Assembly (NCBI GenBank): GCA_021613535.1
Contig: CP075492.1
Coordinates: 3,410,001-3,474,000, forward strand
Origin: Adineta vaga
Taxonomy: Eukaryota > Animalia > Rotifera
DNA length: 64,000 nt
Direction of reading: 5' to 3'
Below the pieces are notes generated by a model. That model did not search any database and was not told where the DNA came from. It saw only the letters and a list, made by a program, of their open reading frames with translations. The translations under genes were made by a program, and so were the position numbers. Shown in pieces: positions 48,421 through 61,030 of this stretch. How positions within the stretch are numbered: the first letter of the stretch is position 1; every line of letters begins with the position of its first letter.

Positions 48421-48742
48421 AGATTTCAGTTATAATGATGTGAATACAATCTAAAGAAAAAAAAACATGTAAGTTTCAAATAAGAAATGTAAGCGAATTT
48501 TCGAAAAAATGAATGAGAGCAAAGATATACATAGCCACGTTCTCTATATAAACAAGGTCTCTCGATATTGTCGTTTATATAGATTATAACATACATTTGT
48601 GCTTCGTCATAACGTACAGAAGAAAGGAAAGAAAGAAAGAAAGAAAAATATGCTTCGTCATAAACATTCTCGCAAGAGAACGACAAACGTTGTCTTTTTT
48701 TATACATTACAGAGATAATATAACAATTTTATTATTCGTAGT

Positions 48743-48817
48743 TCTTGTGTAGTGTGGATAGGCTAGTGTTGATCAGATGTATAAACTAGCCATTACTCAT
48801 ATCCACACCCTCAAGAT
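48743..48817. repeat. Telomere-like intergenic hairpin element between divergent genes
   Basis: TCTTGTGTAGTGTGGATAGGCTAGT...ACTAGCCATTACTCATATCCACACCCTCAAGA. Confidence 0.8.
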
Positions 48818-49118
48818 GGTATCTTTTGCATTATCTGAATATTCTGATATCATTTAAATCAAAATAGATGACAGATGTATATATTCTGAGAACAGTTCTT
48901 AAAATCAGAGATTGACGTAAAACGACGTCAGAGAAACACATTAACTAATATCAAATAATGTTTATCATCTGTTATAATTATTTAGATATACGTCAGCAAC
49001 GAGAAATTTCATTTATTTAACAGGAAAAAATAAGTTTTATCATAAATCTTGCTGACGACAATGATTTGAAAAAAAATGGATACTATACTCATTTTTTAAA
49101 TAACATTCTGACGAAAGA

Positions 49119-52100
49119 ATGTTTGATATAAAATATATAACGTTATTTTATTGGATTATTTTACATACGTTTGTCATTACACTTCGAATCACTCTTCGCA
49201 ATACAGATGAGACAAGTAAGAATCAAAATAATACAGGACAACACAATTGCTTGCGTATTTTGGCTTCTTCTGAGTCATACAATGTAGATGCTCCTCGTGA
49301 AATAACCTCATATTGTATCGGTGATTTAGCCTCAAACTTTCATATCGAACAAAATAATTTCTCTTCAAAGTTCACCTTTCGAGAACTAGAAAAAGCGAAT
49401 ATAACTAGTCAACAATTATATCATTGGTCAGCACCAATAGATCTTGCTGAACGTTATGAATTTTATTTAAATCAATTATCAACACCGAGCAATAACCTTA
49501 CTATGGCAACAGACGTATTCTATAACTGTACATTGCCGAGATTTGGTCCTATGTGTCAATATGAATTTCCAACTGATTTATCTCAATATTATCCTGAATA
49601 CCCTCTATCGTTACAACAAATCATAGACGATTTCTTTCTTACTCATAAACCTCGTTCAATTGATTTAACCTGCTATAAGCATATACAATGTGATCGTGGT
49701 TTTCCGTCGGTTTGTTTAGATTGGACAGAAATTTGTGATGGAAAAAAAGATTGCATTGATGGTGGACAGGATGAAGAACATTGTTGGCAACTGGAATTTA
49801 ATGTAGAACAAGCTCATTCAAAACCCTTTTATCTATTTAATACATTCGATCAAGCTTCAATATTGATTCACGAAGGTGCTGATTGCTCTCGCACTTACCC
49901 ATTAATAGAATGTGAAGAAGTTTTATGTCCGGATATACTTTGGACAAGTTCTTGTTCAAAAAGTCGTCAAGAACGCTTGTTTGAAGCATTATTTTCTATC
50001 AAAGACAATTCTACATCTGATGATTGTTGGTCAGCATTCAAATGTGTTCTTCCTATATCAGATTCATTAGGTTCAATCTGTCACCATTTTTGTGATGGTA
50101 ACAATTGTGTTGAAATCATTGAAGATCAATGTCCACCTATATTTTACATGCCAGTTGTACCCATTCTATTCGGTCATATTCGTTTAGCTTTTGAAAAAAA
50201 TGATTCAAAACGTTTCATCAATAAACAATTTCAACATCCCTATGTTTGTTATGATAATTCACAATATGACGCTTATTTTGTTTCCACATCCAAAATATTA
50301 TTTAATAATGTCACATGTTTTCGTAGTTTTGATGCATTAACTTCATCTATTGGTAGAGATGACTTTAATGAATATTACTTTACCAATCTACATCGAGCAT
50401 TGCGAAAATACAATTTACCTTTTAATTATACTGCAGAATTTTGTAAAAGAGAAAATACATATCAATGTATAAATTCATCAAAATGTATTCCTATCAAATA
50501 TCGTAATGACGGTAACGAAAATTGTCCTTTTGGTGATGATGAAGATACACGTGGACCAGATTCAATTTATGTATTTCACGAACACTTTTACACAAATGAT
50601 ATTTGTATAAATGTAAGCAGCCAGGTATCCGAATATGACTATTGTAATATTACTTTTCAAATTCTTTGTGATGGATATATTGCATTTCATTCCGTTATTA
50701 TCAATGGACAAAGTGAAACAGATGAAACCGAATGTAAACAATGGGAATGTGATAATGTTTATACTCGTTGTAATGGATTTTGGAATTGTTTCAATGGCGC
50801 TGATGAACTTGGTTGTAATCCATTAGCAGCAATATTGAATTGTTCTTCTAATGAACATATTTGTGTTTCGCCTTATACAAATCAACTGATGTGTTTATCT
50901 ATTGAAAAAGCAGATGACAGACAAATCGATTGTCTCGGTGCAACCGATGAACCATCACTTTGTCGAAAATCAGATTATCAGAATGGACAAACATTTTATT
51001 GTATAAAACAAAACATTGGAGCTTGTCTTTCTTTTGAGAAAGTATGTGATAAAGCGAAAGATTGTGATAATAATGATGATGAGCGATTTTGTGAAGAGAA
51101 GAAACCCTTTGTTTTGGGAGAATCAACTGATTCGCAATCAATTGAACAATATCAAGTCCAACAAGTTTTAAGTGCCCTATTGGGCTACTTTTATATGCAA
51201 CCAGTTACACATTTCTCACTTGGTGCGTCTATTTCATCAGATTCTCTTATCAGACACAATATCGGCAACATTGCATATTCGAGCTCATCAAAGATTCAGC
51301 AGCCTATTTTGCTTCCAGAAGCCCATTGTCATTATGGTCTTGGCATACGTGTTTGGCAAGACGAAGTTAATAATATATCTACCATTATATGTTTCTGTCC
51401 AGATAGTTTATATGGTAATTATTGTCAATATCAAAATCAACGTGTAAGTTTAACTCTGAATTTTCAAGCATTGTCGGACTCTTGGCAAAAGCCATTTGCC
51501 ATTATCATTTTACTTATTGATAATAGTGATGAACAAATAATTCATTCATATGAACAATTTACTTATTTATCTGTTCGAGATTGTCAAAAGAAATTTAATA
51601 ATTATTTACTTTATTCAACTCAACCAAAAGATCCAAAGAAAAAATATGCCATTCATATTGATATTTATGATAAACACTTTCACACCTATCGCGGAAGTTT
51701 ATTGTATTCAATACCATATTCATTTCTACCTGTTCATCGTTTATCATTTAAAGTTAATATTCCAAAAATTGGTTCTAACTTCTATCGTTGTTCAATGCGT
51801 CAATGTATTCATGGTAAATGTACCAGGTATTCACACAGTGAACAAGAAACTGAATTTTGTCAATGTGAACAGGGTTGGTCGGGACGTTATTGTACTATTC
51901 CATATAAACATTTGTGTTCACCGAAATCATTATCCGTCGGAATTGATGCTAACAATAGATCGATTTGTATTTGTCCAACAAATAAATTTGGTCCACGATG
52001 TTTACTCACGGATTATTTTTGTACAAATTCCACATGTAACAATCGTGGTCAATGCATTCCATCGGATGAACATTCGACATTGGAACGAATATTTACATGT

Positions 52101-53750
52101 ATCTGTCCACCAGGTTTTAGTGGAGATCAATGTGAAATAGTCGATAATGAAATAATGTTATCGTTCGATACAAAGATTATTTTATCACGATCGTTATTTA
52201 TTCATTTCATTGAAGTAATCAAAGACGGTCCACATGTAAGAGCAACTACTTTGAAAACAATTCCATTCACCGAAAACTTTGTTGTTGTTCAATGGTCACG
52301 TAAATTTCATCTTATTTTCATTGAATTTTCCAGAAACAATTACTATTTAGCTATTATTCAAAATGCTTATAATCGATCAGAAAAGGTATCTAAAATAATT
52401 CAACCGTCTGATCGTTGTTATCATATAAGTACGTTGGTTAACAAAACCGTTTTCGAATTTCATCCTCTTCGCCGTATGAAACATTATCATTCATTATGTA
52501 GTAATCCTTCGTTTCAACTCTCGTGTTTCTATGATGATTATCGTCTCTGTTTCTGTTATAATAATATTCGGCAAAGACGTTTGACGAATTGTTTTGGATT
52601 CGATCATCAGATGAAATTCGATTGTTCAGGATACAACGAATGTGAAAATGACGGAGAATGTTTCCAAGATACGCTACAATGTCCACAAAGATCAATGTGT
52701 GTTTGTCCTCAATGTTTTTATGGAAGATATTGTCAATTTACTACTATTGGATTTAGTGTATCTCTTGATAATATCTTGGGTTATCATATTCAACCACATA
52801 TTAGTATTGTAAATCAATCAACTATTATTCAAATAAGTATTACATTAATGTTAATTTTTGTTATCGCAGGTATTATCAATGGTATTCTTTCTTTGATAAC
52901 ATTTAAAAATAAATCTGTACGAGAAATTGGTTGTGGTTTATATTTATTAGGTTCATCAATAACTACTCTACTTATAGTGATTTTATTATCATTAAAATTC
53001 TGGATTCTTCTACTTGCACAAATGTCTCAAATAACTAATCGATTATTTCTACAAATTCAATGTATTTCTTTTGATTTTCTTGTTCGAATTTGTCTTAATA
53101 TGGATCAATGGTTAAATGCATGTGTAGCTATTGAACGAGCATTTACAATCATTCAAGGCACACGTTTTGTTAAGAAGAAAAGTAAACGAATGGCAAAATT
53201 TGTTATTGCCATTGTTTTAGTGTTTAATATTGGTTCATCAATTCATGATCCTATCTATCGACGTTTAATTGATGAAGAAAATATTGAGAATGATGAAAAA
53301 CGAATATGGTGTGTTGTTACTTATTCATCGAATTTACAAATATATAATTCAATTATGCATATTGTTCACTTTTTTGCTCCGTTTATCATCAATCTTATTT
53401 CAGCTATTATTCTCATTACGAAAAAAAGTCGTCAAAAATCAAATTTACAAAGCAAACGATCACGTACAGAAATTTTACGTGAACAATATCAACAACATAA
53501 ACATTTATTTATTGCACCTGTCATCTTAGTTATTCTTGCTATACCACGTCTAATCATTTCATTTGCATCGAAATGTATGAATTCAGTCAATGAAGCATGG
53601 CTATTTCTTATTGGATACTTCATTTCATTTATTCCACCTACACTTACTTTTGTTATATTCGTCTTACCATCGAAATTTTACAAAAAGGAATTTAACAAGT
53701 CGATTATTCAATATCGAACAACCATCCGACGATATTTACAATTTCAATAA
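49119..53750 (+). CDS. Large intronless LDLa/EGF-ectodomain GPCR, 1543 aa (third paralogue)
   Basis: Same architecture as 17244..21866: CLDWTEICDGKKDC, CNGFWNCFNGADE, EGF repeats, GCGLYL, WLNACVAIERA, 7TM. Confidence 0.9.
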   Translation: MFDIKYITLFYWIILHTFVITLRITLRNTDETSKNQNNTGQHNCLRILASSESYNVDAPREITSYCIGDLASNFHIEQNNFSSKFTFRELEKANITSQQLYHWSAPIDLAERYEFYLNQLSTPSNNLTMATDVFYNCTLPRFGPMCQYEFPTDLSQYYPEYPLSLQQIIDDFFLTHKPRSIDLTCYKHIQCDRGFPSVCLDWTEICDGKKDCIDGGQDEEHCWQLEFNVEQAHSKPFYLFNTFDQASILIHEGADCSRTYPLIECEEVLCPDILWTSSCSKSRQERLFEALFSIKDNSTSDDCWSAFKCVLPISDSLGSICHHFCDGNNCVEIIEDQCPPIFYMPVVPILFGHIRLAFEKNDSKRFINKQFQHPYVCYDNSQYDAYFVSTSKILFNNVTCFRSFDALTSSIGRDDFNEYYFTNLHRALRKYNLPFNYTAEFCKRENTYQCINSSKCIPIKYRNDGNENCPFGDDEDTRGPDSIYVFHEHFYTNDICINVSSQVSEYDYCNITFQILCDGYIAFHSVIINGQSETDETECKQWECDNVYTRCNGFWNCFNGADELGCNPLAAILNCSSNEHICVSPYTNQLMCLSIEKADDRQIDCLGATDEPSLCRKSDYQNGQTFYCIKQNIGACLSFEKVCDKAKDCDNNDDERFCEEKKPFVLGESTDSQSIEQYQVQQVLSALLGYFYMQPVTHFSLGASISSDSLIRHNIGNIAYSSSSKIQQPILLPEAHCHYGLGIRVWQDEVNNISTIICFCPDSLYGNYCQYQNQRVSLTLNFQALSDSWQKPFAIIILLIDNSDEQIIHSYEQFTYLSVRDCQKKFNNYLLYSTQPKDPKKKYAIHIDIYDKHFHTYRGSLLYSIPYSFLPVHRLSFKVNIPKIGSNFYRCSMRQCIHGKCTRYSHSEQETEFCQCEQGWSGRYCTIPYKHLCSPKSLSVGIDANNRSICICPTNKFGPRCLLTDYFCTNSTCNNRGQCIPSDEHSTLERIFTCICPPGFSGDQCEIVDNEIMLSFDTKIILSRSLFIHFIEVIKDGPHVRATTLKTIPFTENFVVVQWSRKFHLIFIEFSRNNYYLAIIQNAYNRSEKVSKIIQPSDRCYHISTLVNKTVFEFHPLRRMKHYHSLCSNPSFQLSCFYDDYRLCFCYNNIRQRRLTNCFGFDHQMKFDCSGYNECENDGECFQDTLQCPQRSMCVCPQCFYGRYCQFTTIGFSVSLDNILGYHIQPHISIVNQSTIIQISITLMLIFVIAGIINGILSLITFKNKSVREIGCGLYLLGSSITTLLIVILLSLKFWILLLAQMSQITNRLFLQIQCISFDFLVRICLNMDQWLNACVAIERAFTIIQGTRFVKKKSKRMAKFVIAIVLVFNIGSSIHDPIYRRLIDEENIENDEKRIWCVVTYSSNLQIYNSIMHIVHFFAPFIINLISAIILITKKSRQKSNLQSKRSRTEILREQYQQHKHLFIAPVILVILAIPRLIISFASKCMNSVNEAWLFLIGYFISFIPPTLTFVIFVLPSKFYKKEFNKSIIQYRTTIRRYLQFQ

Positions 53751-53843
53751 TAAATACAATTTTAAATCGCTTTTTTATTCTCTCGAAATAACTAAGCTGA
53801 GAATGTATAGAGAAGTGAATAATTAATATATCTTGTATGATGA

Positions 53844-54025
53844 TTATAACTAGAATATCCTGAAGGCTTCATCACAAAAGAATGTTTGCTTCAGGAGATA
53901 TTCAATCCCCCCGAAACTGGAGATTTTTGCATCTTTTTGTGGGACATAGGTGATCTTTGAAGATTGAATATCTCGTGAAGCAAACATTCTTTTGTGATGA
54001 AGTCTTCAGGATATTCTAGTTATAA
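53844..54025. mobile_element. Foldback/MITE-like element with ~63-bp near-perfect terminal inverted repeats
   Basis: TTATAACTAGAATATCCTGAAGGCTTCATCACAAAAGAATGTTTGCTTCAGGAGATATTCAATC versus its reverse complement ending at 54025, with 2 mismatches; TA-rich flanks. Confidence 0.85.
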
Positions 54026-55049
54026 GTAGACCTATGTGTGGAAAAAATATCAAGTCAGAATACCGATATGCAATTTGCTGGTACATACCGTGTCATAGGC
54101 TGAATATTCAGTAAAATGGCTATAACTACCGAAGGAAAGGCCATCGGCCGAAATCCTTTTAGCGTATTATCTACTCCAGATCATCTATCGAATGACATAT
54201 GAACGAATGAAATCGGAGTGGGACATCTAAGAATGTTTTCTCGTACGAAAAGAAAACTATTGTAATATCACGCGTGCTAGACGAAAAAGGTCGAAGATAC
54301 CGCTACTCACGATAACAAGTCCGGAGTTTTCACAGTTTTTTTTATCTGAACTGTTTTGTCTGTTCAATAGATCGACTACATAAATAAAATGAATTTATTC
54401 GCTATTCTTTTCTCCATTCAATGCGACATTTCCAAGATCAAACAGACAAACCATTCATGAGAATATGTCAACTTTTTTAGTGGTAAAATTGGTTGTTTAT
54501 ACTTACTTCGACTCGCATTTTTCACAGATATAACCAAATGATCTAATATATTGGATTTAACAATCAGTTAACTAGACCTCTCATTTCAGATAAATGAATC
54601 GAAAAACTAAGAGCTTTTCTGTGATATTTCTATGGAGAATCCCCTCAGCATGAGGTGGTACAGACATCCTTAGCAACTACAGTGCTATATTCACATTCTC
54701 AATAGCTTCATCATGTTTCATATTTTAATCTCGCATGGATTGCGCAACACAGCTTTTTTCTGAAGAACTAAACGTTAGTTAATCAGTTGACTTTCTTTGA
54801 GAATATCAACGCAATGACTGGAACTTGATAATGATTTGTTTTCTTTTTTCATCAACTCTTAGTAGAACAAATTGTTCTTCACGTTGAAAATGTTGGACAG
54901 TACGTAATTGTAATATGAACTTTCGAATATCTTATAGAACTACTTAGAAGGTTTTTTATTATAGAATAGAGCAAATTGAAAATATGTCACAATTCGTCCA
55001 TATAGAAAAATTCCTACGAATAAAATTTTCTAATACAATTGATGTAATA

Positions 55050-57272
55050 TTAAAGACAGATTTGAATTTCTTCTGTAGAACATCGTAATCGATAAGGTCG
55101 ATTAAGCGGCCATTCATGTAGTTGTCGTCGAATTAGATTTGGAAAACAAGGAGTTTCAGATGACGTACAACAAACAAATTCCATACGAAGCGAAACAAGT
55201 TGTTGTAAATGATCAACAAGGAAATGAATAAGATTAATAATAGATTTTGTAGATTCATTTTTATAAACAATAATATACGATGAATTTGCACTACGAATAT
55301 CCAATGATTGATAGATAGTAAATGAAAATTGTTTTAAATTAGAAAATCGATTACAGAGTAACATACAAATAGGTTTTGCTTTATTCAATGTTAACATACG
55401 ATCGTGCATTTCAATCGATTCTATCTAATAAATAGAAATAAAATATCGTCATTTAAATAAAAATAAAAATTTTTCTATTCGAAAATTAATTTCAAATTAT
55501 TCCTGTAAAAGATATATAAGTAGAATCGAAGATAAATAAAATTTCTTACTTGTTCACTTGCACGACTTTCAAGATTGTCATAAATACGCATTATTGCGGA
55601 AGATGAAATACGTCTATTCTTATATATCCGTAGTGTATGTACATTATATGCCATTCGTAATATTGGTTCTAATTCATCTGCAGTAATAACATCACAATTA
55701 GTAATTGAAATTATTGTTAATAATGACCATGGAATCAATAATGATATAGAACTCTTACAATTACGAATATTTGAAAGACAAACTTTATTCCCATAATCAG
55801 AAATAACTAATTCATTGGCGTGTGAAAACAACTCGAATGCATTCATCGACATTTGACAAGATCTAAATAAAAAAAACATACGATTCCTTGAGTTTTCATA
55901 GAAGAAAATATTTTCTATATACTTTGCCAAATCTTTAGAAAACAGATATGTTGGAAGTATGGTGCCATTATATGGTAATGTATATACTGCCACATAATAA
56001 CACTTATCAGTAGTCATCCAACGATCATATTCGTGAATGAACACCTTCGGTCGTTGTCGACGAGTAAATGGAGCATTGAAAAATGTATGAAGAATTATCT
56101 TTTCCGAATCATTTCTCACACGAAATGTTAGTTTCAATGTATAGATTGCCGATGTTCTGAGACGATCGATACATAACTGTTGAATGGTATCACCTGATAT
56201 AATCAAAGAATCAGAGATTGATATAGATGCAAATAATTTTAATGACAGATGAGTAAGTTGGATAAAGACAGATGAGAAAAGTGCAACGGTTCTATGAAAA
56301 CTTCTTTTATCTACACAATTCATACGAAGACGAGATAGACGAGGAAGAAGTGAACTATCAACAGCAACAGGTAATCTAAAATTTCATTTTATTTATACTT
56401 TTACAAAACATTGTATTTTACTTACGGAATAAAATCATATTCATCCTTGTCAAAAATGATTGCATCTTGTATCCCAACAGAAAGATTTTCAATCGAAGGT
56501 ATACATTTTACTAAGCGTTCGAGAAAGTCTATTGAATTTAAACCAATGGTCAATGTATGAAGATAAATTGTATTGACAACATTTGGTAAAGTCATTAATG
56601 GTGGCGGCGGTGTTAACACTTTTAGTAATTGGTCACGTGTGAAAAGGCAAAAATTAAATGGTAGTCGACAACTTCGTAGATTAGGTAGTTGTGAGCATAC
56701 CTAGAATAACAATCAAAATGTTTTTATACATTCGCCTACAATAATATTTTAGGAAGTTTTTTCTCTCAAATAAAAATAGACTTGTGTAGAGTTGATTTTC
56801 TTACTTTAGCCAGATAAGCTCCTTCCACTATCTGCTGCTTAAATGAACTAGAATCTATCAGATCGACCAGTAATGTGTGTAATTGTCTTATTAAACGATC
56901 ACATAATAATTTCTCAAATTCATGTTGTTTAATATCGATCAAGTGAAGATGTCGAAGTAATGTTGTTTGTTGATATTTGAGAGATGATAAAACAAGTGAC
57001 CATCCACCAATAATATTATTTAATCTAATATGTAATGAAAGAACTCGACGTCCTATTAATTTGATTACATTTTGACAAAAATCTTTGAATATCGTTAATG
57101 ACATTGTATTATCATCAATATGAATATGCCATAAATATTCATAGATAAGAATGGTCGACAAACGTTTATTCAATGAATAAAACGATTGAAGAATATTAAC
57201 AGGAGATAAATAACCAAAAATTTCAAAAACAACATCGACAGGTAAACATTCAAAATTGCTTATCATCATCAT
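55050..57272 (-). CDS. F-box protein with divergent LRR-like repeats, 5 exons
   Basis: F-box FECLPVDVVFEIFGYL...FYSLNKRL; exons 57272..56805, 56700..56426, 56375..55923, 55862..55549, 55424..55050 with GT-AG introns; YTLPY motif. Confidence 0.82.
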
Positions 57273-58831
57273 TCTTTTTCGTCTGTCTCATTCATTCAGA
57301 TTCAATTCTATATATAGTCTGTGTGTTTTTTTTTCACGAACATTGTTTTGATTTTTCTATTTCTATGATTTATGTTAGTCAATGTCAACGAGAGAAAAAG
57401 AAAAAAAAGCTCAATAATGTTAGATAGATATTCAGACGATTATACAACAACATCATTGTTTGATTCTCTCGTTAAATATTGAGGGTGAGGAAATTTTGAA
57501 GGAGAGCCTAGTGTATGATATATCAAGTTCAAGAATTTCTGTAACCGACCTCGAACTAAGCCAATTGAATTTTCCTGAACTTGGCTCTAGATCTGTACTT
57601 CTCTTCTGGCAATCTAATATTCTAATCGAAACCTATGATAGACACTTCTATTTTTTCGTATTCGACAGGTAAACGATCTATGAGTAATGAATTTGACTCA
57701 TTGAAAACAAAGAAAATTTACTCTTCACTTGTCAAAGATAATCATTTCTTTCCAATAAAATCTATTATCTTATAGAAATCAATGTCAAATTTGCTTTCAT
57801 TTCAAAGTAGATAGATATCAGTGAGACGTATACGAAGAAAAATATTTTCACCTTTCCAAATTGACCTAATTGGTTTTTTATGGGTTCTACAAAAGATAGA
57901 GAGAACAAATATAAAGAAGATTTTTTGTCACGCGTTATGACAAAGAGATATTATTGTGTACACATTTCTGATCACTCATCATCAAAAGTATATTTGATTG
58001 GTATAATATATGACAGAAATCAGTTACCGTTAGAATCAGAGACAAAAGATAGTCGTGAGAAGAATTAGGGACAATTTTTCTTTCACGACCTTCAGGTATC
58101 TTCCTTGTGAGATCTGTAAGTTAACTCAAAAAAAGTAAACGTCTCAGACATCTTCCCTTTAGCTCTCTTAGAAAATACTTTTTTCTCTTAAAATCTATTT
58201 TCCCGTGTATTTTATGAGAAACCGCAGAATTAAGGAAGTACCTCTTAATTCTGTCAAGTGGATATGTTTTTCGTAGACCGGTAATAGCGTGATGAATAAA
58301 TCATTATAAAGAAAGAGATGCACTCGAAAATCGGTTTTAAAGTGTTGATATTCATAATGGGAGATAAAAATCTCGACTCTATAGAAGATTAATTCTTCAA
58401 TAGTCTGTACAATATTTAACATCAGAGAATCAGCTATACTCAATTCTCAAAATTGATCACGTTCGATGTCGTTTCATACAATCGAGAATAATTCGACATT
58501 CTTCTTTCACAATTAATATTGCGTTAGATGTATCTGTTCAAATCATCATACATTTTATTTGATTGTCAGTTATGCGACACGAATGTTGTTTTTTTTAAAC
58601 AAGAACGTCATCCTCAAGATACAACCACTACAGAAAATTTCTTCTATATAATTTTGATCTTGAAAATACACAAGCAGTAACTCTACCTTCAAAGAGAAAA
58701 ACATACATATTTCAGAATGTATGACTGAAGATAAAGTAAAAAGAACGTGAAGCAATTATTTCCAACATAGACCGTAATACAGGTCAAACTATTCGCTTCT
58801 TTTTTGTTTTCATATTCAAATGCGCAGTATC

Positions 58832-58893
58832 TCTTGAGGGTGTGGGTGTGAGCAATATAAACAAAGACCCTCAGTAATACCTACACAAACTCT
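58832..58893. repeat. Telomere-like intergenic hairpin element
   Basis: TCTTGAGGGTGTGGGTGTGAG...ACCCTCAGTAATACCTACACAAACTCT; half-sites at ~57479 (TTGAGGGTGAGG) and ~58609 (CATCCTCAAGAT). Confidence 0.8.
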
Positions 58894-59440
58894 TTCCTTA
58901 TTGTTTTAGCCTTTTGAATTCTTACTCTTAACTCTATCTCAAAGTCTAGATTATGCGTTCGGCAATTCTTATATGATCTTGGAATACAAGAAATTTTGAT
59001 GTATGAAGCATTAACAAAACGTTTTGACTCAGAAAACCGTGAGTAAAACCACTTGTGATATAGTGTCTATCAGAGTTGCCAACTCTCAGTTTCAAAATGT
59101 AGTTTGTAAAAGTCCAACATAAGTTGTCGTTTGTTCGTAATTATGTTCGAGAAGAATTACATCATCGAGGTGAGTCAATTTATCTTTGAAATGGAAAAAG
59201 TATAGTTAGAAAGTTGCTAAGTGAAAACTTGTTATACAATAAGCAACACTTCAAACAACTTTTTTATCAAAAGTTAATATTAGTGTTGAATTTATGTACA
59301 GAGAATCGTTGTGATTCGATCATATAACATTGAAAATAATTGAATTAGCTATACAGACTCATTCCATTTGCTTCAAAAGTTCATTCGATAGTTCACTGCA
59401 ACTAATTACTTTTGCTCAGAAATGATTTCGACATTCAACT

Positions 59441-60526
59441 ATGGCAGTTTATGTTTTCGCCTTTTTTTTCCAGAAAAAAGTTGATATTGAATCTAGTGAT
59501 CGAAAAGGAGGCAGAGGAGGATCCAGTTTCAATGATTTCAATTCTATCGGTGAATACGGAATAAGTACTCCTACGTTAATCATCATGCGATGTGGTCAGA
59601 AGGTGATTCAATAATATGTCGTGACCGCGAAACTAAGTTTCAGTTGGATAAAGATGAAAGGATTGTGTCGAGTGTTAGTGGTCGATCCGGTCAAAAAGTG
59701 GATGCCTTATAGTTTACAACTATAACAAAGGAAGAAAAAGTCCTTATTGTGGTGGTGAAGGTGGCTCTGAATTTACCGAAAAATATACAGGATATGTTTT
59801 ATCGTATATAAATGGTCGCTCTGAACAGAAAGTGGATCAAATAGAGTTCCAATGGATTCGCGAAGAAAACGAGATATATTCTAGCATCAGTTCAGTGTGA
59901 TCTGACACGCATACAAGAACTGAATCGTATACATTTACTTATAGTGTTTCCGAATCTTCAGCATGGACTCTGGGCACTTCTTTGACGGTAGGAAACGTGT
60001 GAGAAAAGCAATGAAAAGTTAATCTGTAGAACAAAAACCGTTTGAGTTATCTGTGACGAACTTCAGAAATAATTTATCATTTATTTCAAATTTTATAATA
60101 GATGAGTCAACTAGAATGGAACTTATAATTCATTGCTAGATAGTGTTGATTATATACTGCTGATAGGATTCCAAGTTTGGTGTTGAAACTTCTGTAACGG
60201 CGAAAATTCCTGAGATTTTGAAATTGGGAGTAAAAATGAGTGCATCTGTTACGACTAGTTTTAGCTGTGGTCAAATGAAAACTACTACCAAGGAACACTC
60301 ACACACAATAAGCACAACAGTACCAGTGAACTCGAAAATGTCTGCATCATTGCTGATTTTCGCCGACGAAATTGATATTCCATTTATGTGTCAACTGATA
60401 ATTGTATATGGGGATGGCACTAAGGTTTCAAAAACTGGTGACCGTGGAACATTTCAAAGGTTAAACGCATCAAGAGTTATTGCAGAATATGGCAAAGGAA
60501 CGAGTATTTCCAAACGTTGGCTTTAA
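59441..60526 (+). pseudogene. Jacalin-lectin plus aerolysin/ETX-MTX2-like pore-forming toxin relic
   Basis: GGRGGSSFND, SGRSGQKVDAL*F, GGEGGSEFTE...YINGRSEQKVDQIEFQW (jacalin-like); Ser/Thr-rich TESYTFTYSVSESSAWTLGT, intron 59988..60166, then VETSVTAKIPEILKLGVKMSASVTTSF...TVPVNS...IDIPF; stops and frameshifts in the 5' part. Confidence 0.7.
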
Positions 60527-61030
60527 AAGATCCGATGCGAAATAATAAGAACCTATAGAGCCTAAATTTACGTTTTTTTATTAACATAACAATATCTTTG
60601 GAGTTTTTCGCTAGTTAATCAAACTAAAATTTTCCTGCTTTTCCTCTTTATTCGATGGTTCATGATCTTTTCATTTATCGTTATAAAAAAAAATTGCTAC
60701 AGAAAAAGTTGAACATTTCCATTCGACAAACCCAAAATGAAAGAAATTTTTCTTGTTCCACTATTTGTAATTTCAAAGATTGTGGAGAAACGCTACGTCC
60801 TCAACAACCTTGATGATAAGAAAAAAATCGACCGATATTTTTCTTCTGACGACAATAGAAACATTGTCAAACACGTCATTTTGCTTCAATTCATTTAGAA
60901 AAGATGAAATAACAATTTTTCTTTCTTTCTTTCGTTCTCTTTTTTCTATTATAAGTAAAATAAGAAACCCGTTCTCTTTTTTATTCATTGCGTGTTTGTT
61001 GCAGCCGTCGTTTTAAAAAACAAACAAGTG

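Noticed and set aside
50635-53826. Alternative-frame and antisense ORFs inside the large GPCR and ART-TPR genes (e.g. 51550..52140)
   Set aside because: Shadow ORFs caused by codon bias in AT-rich coding sequence
57460-58760. Short ORFs between the F-box gene and the toxin relic
   Set aside because: No motifs, mostly non-ATG starts, no splice-consistent model
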